DNA of 64,000 bases from Patescibacteria group bacterium (GTDB lineage: Bacteria > Patescibacteriota > Patescibacteriia > Buchananbacterales > SURF-54): contig JAHIRB010000021.1 of the NCBI GenBank assembly GCA_018818885.1, positions 12,461-76,460 of the forward strand, in the 5' to 3' direction. Shown here one piece after another: positions 47,442 through 56,177 of this stretch. The notes under the pieces are model-generated. The model had not been told where the DNA came from, made no database searches, and was given only the letters and a program-made list of their open reading frames with translations. Made by a program: the position numbers and the translations under genes. Positions within the stretch are counted from its first letter, which is position 1; every line of letters starts with the position of its first letter.

Positions 47442-48377
47442 TTACTTATATAATACTTTTTTTATTAAATATTCATGCTTTTTATCTTTTTGTATTATTA
47501 TTTCACTCAACAGTCCCAACGAAATTAACTGAACACCCACTACAATCATTAACACTCCAAATATCAACAAAGGAATCCTTCCTTGAGTTGATCCAGTTAT
47601 AAATTTTAGTAGTGTGACATAAAAATCAGCTATAAAACCGATACTAAAAAACAACAAGCCAAAGCTACCAAAAAAATGTGAAGGTTTTTTTACGTATCTC
47701 GTTAAAAGTAGAACTGTCAACAAATCTAAAATTCCTTCAACAAATCTTTTTATTCCATATTTAGTTTTTCCATATTTCCTGGCGTGATGCTGCACCTTAA
47801 TTTCTGTTACCTTAAAACCTTTATTGCTTGCGATCACTGGCAAAAAACGATGGAGATCGCCGTAAACATCTATTTCTTTAATGACTGTGCTACGATAGGC
47901 CTTAATGCCACAATTAATGTCGTGAAGCTTAACTCCTGTGAGCATTCTGACCATAAAATTAAAAGCTCTTGAAGGGATTGTTTTGGTGATTGGATCATTT
48001 CTTTTTTGTTTCCAACCTGATACTAAATCATAGCCTTCATTGATTTTATTAATGAGGGCAGGAATTTCTTGTGGATCGTCTTGCAAGTCTGCATCCATAG
48101 TAATTATTATTTTACCAATGGCTGTTTTAAAACCAGCTGCCAAAGCTGCTGACTTACCAAAATTTGTCCTAAACCTAATAACTTTTACTCCTTGATTATC
48201 ATTATACAATTCTTCCATCACCTTAAAAGTTCCATCTGTTGACCCATCATCAATAAAAATAATTTCATAGCTTAAATTATTGCTTTGCATGACTTGTTTT
48301 ATTTCTAAGTAGAGCTCACTTATGCTATCTTGCTCATTGTATGTCGGAATTACTATTGAAATCTTTTTTTCTTCCAT
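47442..48377 (-). CDS. GT2 polyprenol-phosphate glycosyltransferase with two C-terminal TM helices (GtrB/ArnC-like)
   Basis: ISIVIPTYNEQDSI...IFIDDGSTDGT...GKSAALAAGF...TMDADLQDDPQEI plus C-terminal hydrophobic hairpin; 311 aa. Confidence 0.8.
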   Translation of the reverse strand: MEEKKISIVIPTYNEQDSISELYLEIKQVMQSNNLSYEIIFIDDGSTDGTFKVMEELYNDNQGVKVIRFRTNFGKSAALAAGFKTAIGKIIITMDADLQDDPQEIPALINKINEGYDLVSGWKQKRNDPITKTIPSRAFNFMVRMLTGVKLHDINCGIKAYRSTVIKEIDVYGDLHRFLPVIASNKGFKVTEIKVQHHARKYGKTKYGIKRFVEGILDLLTVLLLTRYVKKPSHFFGSFGLLFFSIGFIADFYVTLLKFITGSTQGRIPLLIFGVLMIVVGVQLISLGLLSEIIIQKDKKHEYLIKKVLYK

Positions 48378-48505
48378 ACCCGGTAGTAGAAATTTAATTA
48401 TTAGGTTAGTATATAATTTGTTTAAAATAATTGTTGATAAATATTATAATTAATTTATCCTGTGCGTGAAATAGCGTTTATTAAATTTCCACTACCGGGA
48501 TATAT

Positions 48506-49222
48506 TTATCTATTTTTTAATCTCTTTTTTAACTGCCTTAAATTTTTAAAATATGACCAGCTTAAAGCCAGCGGCTGTACCCTGCTTATTCTATTTACTG
48601 GCTCACTCCATTTTACTGGCACTTCTTTTATCTTATAATTTTTTTGTTCGGCTAACAAAACTAATTCGCTATCAAAAAACCATTCGTTATTTTGTACCTG
48701 TGGCAGAATATGGTCTACAACTTTTTTGTTGACTGCTTTAAAACCGCATGGCAAATCTTTTATTTTAGTTTTTACAATTATTCTTGTTGCAACAAAATAT
48801 CCAAAAGAAAATAATTTTCTTAAAAGTGATCTTTTTACTTGGGAGCCTTTCATAAATCTTGAGCCTACTGCCATGTCATAACCTCCTTGATTAATAGCAT
48901 CGACCAAAGGAGGTAGCGACGACAGATCAGTTGCTAGATCTGCATCCATAAAGCAATAAATATCTGCATCAAATTTCTGCCATGCTTTTTTGATAGCAAT
49001 ACCCTTGCCCTTTTCTTCTACAAATAAATATTTGATGTGCTGGTAATCTTGCTCTAGACTCTTTGCTATATACGAGGTAAGGTCGGTAGACTTATTGTCT
49101 GCTATAATAATTTGCCATGTTGATTGCGTGATATTCTGTTTTAAATAATGATGTACGCGCAAAACACTTTCTTTGATAATTTTTTCCTCATTAAACGCTG
49201 GTATAACTATTATTAAATTCAT
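48506..49222 (-). CDS. GT2-family glycosyltransferase (Dpm1-like, soluble)
   Basis: IIVIPAFNEEKII...IIIADNKSTD...GKGIAIKKAW...MDADLATD...AVGSRF; 238 aa. Confidence 0.8.
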   Translation of the reverse strand: MNLIIVIPAFNEEKIIKESVLRVHHYLKQNITQSTWQIIIADNKSTDLTSYIAKSLEQDYQHIKYLFVEEKGKGIAIKKAWQKFDADIYCFMDADLATDLSSLPPLVDAINQGGYDMAVGSRFMKGSQVKRSLLRKLFSFGYFVATRIIVKTKIKDLPCGFKAVNKKVVDHILPQVQNNEWFFDSELVLLAEQKNYKIKEVPVKWSEPVNRISRVQPLALSWSYFKNLRQLKKRLKNR

Positions 49223-49225
49223 ACT

Positions 49226-50920
49226 TTAATTAACTTTATATATCTTAGTCGACTGATCTCGATAAACTTCTTCAAAATAAAAATTATTTGATAAATTTCT
49301 ATCTAAAAGCTGGTGCGTGGTATGTTCAATAAACACATATTCTGATTTAAAATCATTTTTAATTTGTTGGTAAAGAAATTCTTTTTCCTGTCCCATTGTA
49401 ATATTATACCATTTCCAATACAAATCCTTATTATAATTATACATAAATGTAGGGTCTAACCCAACTATATAGTAATTATTAGTATTATGATAAAAAAGTA
49501 TCGGAAATTCATCCCAATCACTGTGTAAAACAATGCTTTTGGGCGTTGTATTTTGATTTAGCCAATTTGATGCATCTTGATATTGAGTAAATGAAAAGTT
49601 TTTATGATGATCAATATATACTCTTTTGACGTCTCTAAAAACAATATAAGGCAACAAAACAATTGGAATAATCAATCCTACCAAAAGATATTTTTTTTGT
49701 AATAAAAGCTTCTTAAAATCCTGAGTTATTTGTTTGACCACTTTTGATGAAATAAATTGATTGATACTGATCGCAGAAAACAAAATCGCAAACGGTATAA
49801 AATATTCTACATTACGACGTGATTTTAATGTTAGTCCAAGAAATAACAAACTTAATATTAAGGTAGTTATCGAAATTACTGATTTTTTTCTTATGTGCAA
49901 GAAAAAAATTGTCAAAGCAATAATAAATATTATAAAAGTTAAAGACGAAGCTGCGATCAGATGAAAAAAATTGTATGGATACCACTCCCCTCCTACACCA
50001 ATTATTTTTTGATAATTTACTACTGCAATTTGAATAATCTGTTGCCAGTAAAACAATAAATTTTTTGGAAAGTATGGATTAAATATGAGGCCCGCTGACA
50101 AACCACCGACTACTGACAACAATAATTTAATATTCTGCAAATGTAATCTTTTATGATTCATTCTATTCACAAAAAATTTTAGAATTTGGGATTTAGAATT
50201 TGGAATTTGTTTGGGATTTAAAATTTGGGATTTAGGTTTTGTTCTCTTTACAAAACCTGACTTCACCGAAGAGAGATAACTACAAAATACAAAAATAAAC
50301 GTTATTACTAAAATTAACGGCCATCCTCCATACAACCAAACAAATAAAAATGATAATAATGATAATAACACATAACGTCTCTGTATAATTAGATACAAAC
50401 CAACAAAAAGTGCTATCAAAGCTAGCCCTTGAGCTTTTGCTAAGTTCAATCGAAAAATGAATGGATTAGCAGTTAACAAAATTAAAGTATAAATGATAGC
50501 TCCCTTAATCTTAAGTCTGTTTAGCAACCAATAAAATGTTAAAATTGCTAAAGTTGCAAAACAAATGGTGGCAAGCTTTAATCCGACCAATGGATTTAGA
50601 ATAGTTACAAAGGGTATTAGTAAAATGTGATATAAAAAATGATGGTCAGCAAAATAATTATTCAAAACAGTAAACTGCAAATATGGGAAATCAAAAACAA
50701 TGCCATTTTGACTAATCAATTCTGCCATTTTAGCGTGATAAAAAGAATCGGGATCTGCAAAACTAGGATACCCCTGCAAAATTAAAAAATATAAAAATAC
50801 AAAGGCAAAAAGTATTATGTATTTTAAATAGGGGGCTTGAGAAATAATAAAAGATAATCTATTTTTCATATGAGAAACAAAAACTTCAGTCAAAATACTG
50901 ACAACCCCAGCGCTAAACAC
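49226..50920 (-). CDS. polytopic membrane protein (putative GT-C glycosyltransferase) carrying an internal tandem-repeat-encoded loop (KSQIL x2)
   Basis: 564 aa, >12 TM helices. The loop ...KPKSQILNPKQIPNSKSQILKFF... is encoded by the aatttgggattt tandem repeat at ~50181-50236. Confidence 0.45.
   Translation of the reverse strand: MFSAGVVSILTEVFVSHMKNRLSFIISQAPYLKYIILFAFVFLYFLILQGYPSFADPDSFYHAKMAELISQNGIVFDFPYLQFTVLNNYFADHHFLYHILLIPFVTILNPLVGLKLATICFATLAILTFYWLLNRLKIKGAIIYTLILLTANPFIFRLNLAKAQGLALIALFVGLYLIIQRRYVLLSLLSFLFVWLYGGWPLILVITFIFVFCSYLSSVKSGFVKRTKPKSQILNPKQIPNSKSQILKFFVNRMNHKRLHLQNIKLLLSVVGGLSAGLIFNPYFPKNLLFYWQQIIQIAVVNYQKIIGVGGEWYPYNFFHLIAASSLTFIIFIIALTIFFLHIRKKSVISITTLILSLLFLGLTLKSRRNVEYFIPFAILFSAISINQFISSKVVKQITQDFKKLLLQKKYLLVGLIIPIVLLPYIVFRDVKRVYIDHHKNFSFTQYQDASNWLNQNTTPKSIVLHSDWDEFPILFYHNTNNYYIVGLDPTFMYNYNKDLYWKWYNITMGQEKEFLYQQIKNDFKSEYVFIEHTTHQLLDRNLSNNFYFEEVYRDQSTKIYKVN
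50181..50236. repeat. tandem short repeat (a)gaatttgggattt x ~4 inside the membrane-protein CDS; related copy at 53581-53620
   Basis: agaatttgggatttagaatttggaatttgtttgggatttaaaatttgggatttagg read directly. Confidence 0.55.
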
Positions 50921-51184
50921 TGGGGCTTGGGATAATTAAATACAAACTAATCAATACCTCTCGCCCCGTAAATAACGAACGAAGTCCCGTTCTACGTGAT
51001 GAAATGAGTTATTCTATGGGGTCAAATAATTTGGTTAGTCTTTACCAAGCATGGCTGCAAAGACCAACTGGCTGGAGTTTTTGATTTTTACCCCAGCACC
51101 AATTCTTTATTTATTGATCGTACACACATTAAATTTTACTTTCTTCATATTAATCATACTAAAAAGATTAATATGGTGTGGAGT

Positions 51185-52249
51185 TTATTTTTTAGAAAGT
51201 TGATTTTTAAAAAAATCTACAAATGGGATGATTTCTGGATTAACATTGTTTTGAATTGCCATATAAAAACTAACGTAACTGCCAAACTGTAATACTTCAA
51301 AGGCTTGATTGATTTTTTGCGATTGTACTGTAGAAAAGCTTACATGACTGATTTTATATTTATTTAAAATTTGCTTTGTTATTTTGATTCTTTTTTGATT
51401 TCTTGGTAAAAATAATTTTGATTCAAAAAATATAAAGACTAGATTGCTACCTTTTGGTTCTTTAAGACCTTCTAGCAAATGATGGTTGAGTTCTGGAATT
51501 AAATAATAAAAAGAAGAGTGTTTGGCACTCTCATTAATTTGATTAGCAACAGCATGTGCATTACCAGCTAAATGCTCACAAGCAACTATAATAGGGATTT
51601 TATTTTTTATTTTTTGTGCTGTTTGCTTAGCAGCATTTTTTGTAGTTTTGATGCCAAAATCATATCTTTTTTCACCTTGCTCTAAAGCTTTAATGACTTT
51701 TTGCAGATCATGTTTTGAAAATTTTACTAAACCCAACTTACTTAGAAGTACTAATTGACCTACCAAAGAATACCCAACTCCCATTCGTGGTTGCCCAGAA
51801 GAATTAAATTTTGGCTCAAATATATAACCCGGTAATTTATTTTTTTGCAAATAACTTTTTAGTTTGCCACCAGCTGCAAATCCAACAATTTTGGCTCCCC
51901 TCTTTTTTGCTTCATTTAAAGTAGCGAGAGGTTCCTCAGTATTACCTGAATAACTAGCAACTAAATATAAAGTTTTGTTATTAACATATTTTGGTAATTG
52001 GTAACTGTTGATTATTTCAAATGGAATTTTAATCTGATCTTTATAAACAGATTTTAAAATATGGGCGCCCAAGCCTGAGCCACCCATGCCATTTACCACA
52101 ACGTTATTAATATTTTGATAATTTGCAGGTATCTTAATTTTATTAGCTTCTTCAAACGCCTGCTGACACTGATTGGGTAATTGGCGTATTGATTCCAAAA
52201 TTTCTTCTGCTCCAAGCTTTTGTATTTGTTTATAATTATTGAGTGTCAT
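51185..52249 (-). CDS. SIS-domain sugar-phosphate isomerase, bifunctional phosphoglucose/phosphomannose isomerase-like
   Basis: 354 aa, two SIS-like halves, ...NNVVVNGMGGSGLGAHIL... phosphate-binding loop. Placement next to the glycosylation island fits hexose-6-P interconversion. Confidence 0.55.
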   Translation of the reverse strand: MTLNNYKQIQKLGAEEILESIRQLPNQCQQAFEEANKIKIPANYQNINNVVVNGMGGSGLGAHILKSVYKDQIKIPFEIINSYQLPKYVNNKTLYLVASYSGNTEEPLATLNEAKKRGAKIVGFAAGGKLKSYLQKNKLPGYIFEPKFNSSGQPRMGVGYSLVGQLVLLSKLGLVKFSKHDLQKVIKALEQGEKRYDFGIKTTKNAAKQTAQKIKNKIPIIVACEHLAGNAHAVANQINESAKHSSFYYLIPELNHHLLEGLKEPKGSNLVFIFFESKLFLPRNQKRIKITKQILNKYKISHVSFSTVQSQKINQAFEVLQFGSYVSFYMAIQNNVNPEIIPFVDFFKNQLSKK

Positions 52250-52379
52250 ATTGTCATTATTTTATCTTAAATTCTCTAAAATTTCAAGGTCCTCAAGCAC
52301 TCTTGACATACATTGAAAATAACTAACTTTTATAGTATAATTTAATTGTCATTTAGCTTATTTTCAAGTATAAAAAAAT

Positions 52380-52400
52380 CCCTTTTTCACCCAACAAAGA
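52380..52400 (+). repeat. 22-nt direct repeat copy 1 (ccctttttcacccaacaaaga), ~80 nt upstream of the NYN gene
   Basis: Near-identical to 53061-53083. Confidence 0.5.
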
Positions 52401-52453
52401 TAATGATAATTTGACAATACACTAGCAATCTACTACAATTGTAACTAATATAA

Positions 52454-52480
52454 AAAAACGGCGCGAAAGGCCGTTTTTTA
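52454..52480. terminator. hairpin plus T tract (terminator/attenuator-like) in the 5' leader of the NYN gene
   Basis: aaaaaacggcgcgaaaggccgttttttatg: 6-bp GC stem flanked by A and T tracts, ending at the start codon. Confidence 0.4.
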
Positions 52481-52965
52481 TGATTTCCAAAGAAAACAAT
52501 TTTGCTTTTATAGATGGACAAAATCTAAATCTTGGCATTAAGAATTTAGGTTGGGACCTAGATTTTAGAAAATTTAGAGTATATCTTAAGGAAAAGTATG
52601 CCGTAAGCAAAGTTTATTACTTTATCGGCTACTTGCCACAATATCGTGATTTATACAAATCGTTACAAAAATATGGTTATGAACTAGTCTTTAAACCAGC
52701 GATGCAAGACAAAAAAGGTAAACCTAAAGGTAATGTTGACGCTGACTTGGTTTTAAAAGTTATGTTTGAATATAATAATTTTGATAAAGCTATAATTGTA
52801 AGTAGCGACGGTGATTTCTATTCGTTAATTAAACATCTTTATAGAAATAAAAAAATTAAAATTTGTTATGAGTCCATACGTAAAAACTTGTTCAATATTA
52901 TTGAAAAAAACCGCCAAGGAAAAAATAATCTATATGGACAATCTGAGGCAAAAATTGGAATATAA
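52480..52965 (+). CDS. NYN-domain (LabA-like) putative RNase
   Basis: FIDGQNLNLG...VYYFIGY...GNVDADLVLKVMFEY...AIIVSSDGDFYSLIKHL is a typical PF01936 NYN signature; 161 aa. Confidence 0.8.
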   Translation: MISKENNFAFIDGQNLNLGIKNLGWDLDFRKFRVYLKEKYAVSKVYYFIGYLPQYRDLYKSLQKYGYELVFKPAMQDKKGKPKGNVDADLVLKVMFEYNNFDKAIIVSSDGDFYSLIKHLYRNKKIKICYESIRKNLFNIIEKNRQGKNNLYGQSEAKIGI

Positions 52966-53060
52966 AAAGAAAAACACCGCTTAAGGACAAAACCATTAAG
53001 AGGTGCTTTTCATATATATTCTATAATTAGAATAGCTTGTATAAAAACATTTGTCAATAT

Positions 53061-53083
53061 CCCTCTTTCACCCAACAAAGAGA
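53061..53083 (+). repeat. 22-nt direct repeat copy 2 (ccctctttcacccaacaaagaga), ~55 nt upstream of the GIY-YIG gene
   Basis: Matches copy 1 at 20 of 22 positions. Confidence 0.5.
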
Positions 53084-53137
53084 CTATCCCCGCACTAATT
53101 TTTACTCAAATTAATTATTATTCACAATATAATTCAT

Positions 53138-53368
53138 ATGTTCTACGTTTACCTCATCAAAAATGAAAAAGGTGAATTATACTATGGTTACACTAATAAT
53201 TTAAGAAGACGTTTACTTGAACATAATTCCAGTAAATCATCCTACACTAGAAATCATAAATGGCAGTTGATTTACTATGAGGCTTACCTTGAAAGATCAG
53301 ACGCATATGACCGGGAAAAACATCTCAAACATTATGGTCAATCTTTGTCTCATATATTATTATGTTAA
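53138..53368 (+). CDS. GIY-YIG nuclease-domain protein (76 aa)
   Basis: FYVYLIKNEKGELYYGYTNNLRRRLLEHN... is a canonical GIY-(x10)-YIG with the Arg and Glu catalytic residues. Confidence 0.8.
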   Translation: MFYVYLIKNEKGELYYGYTNNLRRRLLEHNSSKSSYTRNHKWQLIYYEAYLERSDAYDREKHLKHYGQSLSHILLC

Positions 53369-53580
53369 CACCTTGATATTAACTGAATTTCTCTAGATAA
53401 TCAAGCTTGACACAGATTGAAAAAACTTCATCTTTATTGTATAATCTAATTGTTATACAGCTTAAAAATTGAGCTTTTTTTAAACGTTTTAAATCACAAG
53501 TACCAAGCACCAAATAACAAACAACATCCAATAATCAATTTCCAATACCCAAAAACGAGATTGTTTGCAAATTGATTATT

Positions 53581-53620
53581 AGAATTTAGAATTTGTTTGA
53601 GATTTGGGATTTAGAATTTG
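53581..53620. repeat. intergenic copy of the agaatttgggattt repeat family
   Basis: agaatttagaatttgtttgagatttgggatttagaatttg; shares agaatttgtttg(g/a)gattt with 50181-50236. Confidence 0.5.
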
Positions 53621-53636
53621 ATTATTAAACTTAGCC

Positions 53637-54353
53637 ATGTCTGGTCATTCCAAATGGTCAAAAATTCAAAGGCAAAAAGGCGCTGCTGATACTAAGAAAG
53701 GGGCGCTTTTTACCAAATTAGCCAATACTATTACCTTGGCTGCTTCTGAAGGTGGAGGTGAAATTGATATGAACTTTAAATTGAAATTGGCTGTAGACCA
53801 AGCTAGGTCTGCTAACATGCCTAAAGATAATATCGAACGCGCAATAAAACGTGGTACTGGAGAAATTGCAGGTGGGCCGATTGAAGAATTACGCTACGAA
53901 GGTTTTGGTCCAGAAAAGGTTGCCATAATAATTGATAGCTTAACAGATAATCGCAACCGCGCTTTAAGTGAAATAAAAAATGTTTTAAACAAAAATGGCG
54001 GTAGTATCGCAGGCCAAAATGCAGTTTCGTGGCAATTTGAAAGTAAAGGAGTTATACGCTTACCCAAACCAAGTTTTGAAAAAAAGGAGGAACTAGAACT
54101 AACTGCTATTGACGCAGGCGCTGATGACATCGGGGAAGACGACGATTCATTTCTTGTTTATACCGATCCCAAACAACTGCAAAAGGTAAAAGAAAATTTA
54201 GAACAAGCCAATCAAAAAATTGAATATGCTGAGATAGAAATGATTCCTAAAGAAAAAGTTAAAATGAAAAACCCAGACAAACTTGAACAACTATTTTCTG
54301 CTCTCGATGAATGCGCTGACGTAAATAACTACTACACTAATGCCGACATCTAA
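53637..54353 (+). CDS. yebC: YebC/PmpR-family DNA-binding transcriptional regulator
   Basis: MSGHSKWSKIQRQKGAADTKKGALFTKL... is a canonical N-terminus; 238 aa; directly upstream of ruvC as in many bacteria. Confidence 0.9.
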   Translation: MSGHSKWSKIQRQKGAADTKKGALFTKLANTITLAASEGGGEIDMNFKLKLAVDQARSANMPKDNIERAIKRGTGEIAGGPIEELRYEGFGPEKVAIIIDSLTDNRNRALSEIKNVLNKNGGSIAGQNAVSWQFESKGVIRLPKPSFEKKEELELTAIDAGADDIGEDDDSFLVYTDPKQLQKVKENLEQANQKIEYAEIEMIPKEKVKMKNPDKLEQLFSALDECADVNNYYTNADI

Positions 54354-54825
54354 AACAATTACTATCATGGGAATTGACCCAGGGCTTGCTACTACTGGAT
54401 GGGGCATTTTAGAAAAAAAAGGGCAGAAGCTTGCATTGATTGACTATGGTTTAATCGCAACAAATGCTAAAAAAGAATTCGCACAACGTTTAAAAATTAT
54501 CAATCAAGACTTGGCAAAAGTTATAAAGAAATACAAACCCGATGCGTTTGGTGTAGAAAGTATTTATTTTTGTAAAAATGTAAAAACTGCATTACTAGTT
54601 GGACAAGCGCGTGGTGTAATATTGTTGACCTGTATCAAAACTAACAAGCCAATTTTTGATTTCACTCCCCTGCAAATCAAGCAAGCCATCACTACTTATG
54701 GACGCGCTGACAAAAAACAGGTTCAGCAAATGGTAAAAATTATACTTAATCTAAAAAATATTCCCAAGCCAGACCACGCAGCTGATGCTTTAGCCTGCGC
54801 TATCTGTGCTGCTAATTCAATTTAA
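54340..54825 (+). CDS. ruvC: crossover junction endodeoxyribonuclease RuvC
   Basis: IMGIDPGLATTGWGIL...ESIYF...AADALACAICAA: RNase H-like fold with catalytic D/E/D/D positions; 161 aa. Confidence 0.9.
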   Translation: MPTSKTITIMGIDPGLATTGWGILEKKGQKLALIDYGLIATNAKKEFAQRLKIINQDLAKVIKKYKPDAFGVESIYFCKNVKTALLVGQARGVILLTCIKTNKPIFDFTPLQIKQAITTYGRADKKQVQQMVKIILNLKNIPKPDHAADALACAICAANSI

Positions 54826-54951
54826 CTATGGCCCTGTAGTGAAAATTTAATAGGGACGTATGTCATTAAAAAAAATTTCATATATATAATATTTGATATC
54901 AAGAATTTAACATATATATAAACTTAATTAATTAAATTTCTATTACAGGGT

Positions 54952-56031
54952 ATGACTCGAGAAGAAAAAATAAAAAAAATCATTCATAAAAGTAAACAAA
55001 TTTTTAAAGATAATGCTTTAGACAACGGTGCAATATCTGCCGCTAATCCAGACAAAGATTACTATCCTCGCGAAGCTAAAGATTATCATTATGTTTGGCC
55101 ACGCGATGCTGGCTATATTTGTGTTGCCGCAAAAATGGTAGGAATAAATGACATACAAGAACCTTATTTTGATTGGCTACTCAAACGACCAGAAGATTTT
55201 GAAAAAGAAGGTTTGCTATTTGGCAGTTATTCAACAAATGGCAGATTAAAAAATGGCCAATTCCAACCCGACCAGGCAGGCAGTACTTTATGGGCAATTT
55301 ATGATTTTTATAAAGATAATATCGCAGGATGCAAAAAACAGGAACTTCTCATTCGGCGCTTAGCCGATGGTTTAACTAACGACTGGAAGGGCAAATATTT
55401 TTTTCATAACACTGTTGATCTATGGGAAGAAGGAAGAAGAAAAACCTCAACTTCTATGGAAAATAACCACACTTATTCTTTAGCTGCCTGTGCTTATGGA
55501 TTAATTGTTGCAGATAAAATGGCTAACGGCGAAAAATGGAAAGAAGCAGCAGATCAAATGATAAAAATGGTAAATGAAGCATATAGCAAAAAGGATAAAA
55601 GATATTATAGAAATCACGGTAAAATAGACGACTTTAATGTTGATTCTTCTTTATTAGGTCTTGTTTACCCGTGTAGTATAGTAAAAGCAACTGATGAAAA
55701 AATGGTCAATACTGTAAAAGCAATTGAACAAAAAGCTGTTTTCCATGGAGGCGTACACCGCTATCAGTTTGATTATTATGATGGTGAAGGTACAGCAGAA
55801 GAAGGAGCAGGTGCTTGGCCTTTACTTAACTTTTGGATGTCTATTTACTGGTCAATCGGAAACGACAAAAAGAAAGCTCATAAATATTATGATTGGGTGG
55901 TAGACCGCGTAGAAAATGATTATTTAATACCCGAACAAATGTTTGAAGATTTTAGAAAAGGCATAAAGCCTTTAGCTTGGTCTCATGCTATGTTTGTTAT
56001 AGCTTCGAAGTATTTGGGGTATTTGGAGTAA
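54952..56031 (+). CDS. glycoside hydrolase family 15 (glucoamylase/glucodextranase-like) catalytic-domain protein
   Basis: ...YHYVWPRDAGYICVA... and the catalytic-acid context ...TVDLWEEGRR... (DLWEE) are GH15 hallmarks; 359 aa. Confidence 0.65.
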   Translation: MTREEKIKKIIHKSKQIFKDNALDNGAISAANPDKDYYPREAKDYHYVWPRDAGYICVAAKMVGINDIQEPYFDWLLKRPEDFEKEGLLFGSYSTNGRLKNGQFQPDQAGSTLWAIYDFYKDNIAGCKKQELLIRRLADGLTNDWKGKYFFHNTVDLWEEGRRKTSTSMENNHTYSLAACAYGLIVADKMANGEKWKEAADQMIKMVNEAYSKKDKRYYRNHGKIDDFNVDSSLLGLVYPCSIVKATDEKMVNTVKAIEQKAVFHGGVHRYQFDYYDGEGTAEEGAGAWPLLNFWMSIYWSIGNDKKKAHKYYDWVVDRVENDYLIPEQMFEDFRKGIKPLAWSHAMFVIASKYLGYLE

Positions 56032-56177
56032 GAGTAGGGCGAGATGTAAAGTGATTGTTAATACGATTAATATGATGTTTGGAACTCAAGTGTACATATT
56101 AACTGTATCAACCTATCAACAGTATTAACTACACCACAACTCAAATCTCTCTAATAACTCAAATCAACTAAACTACT

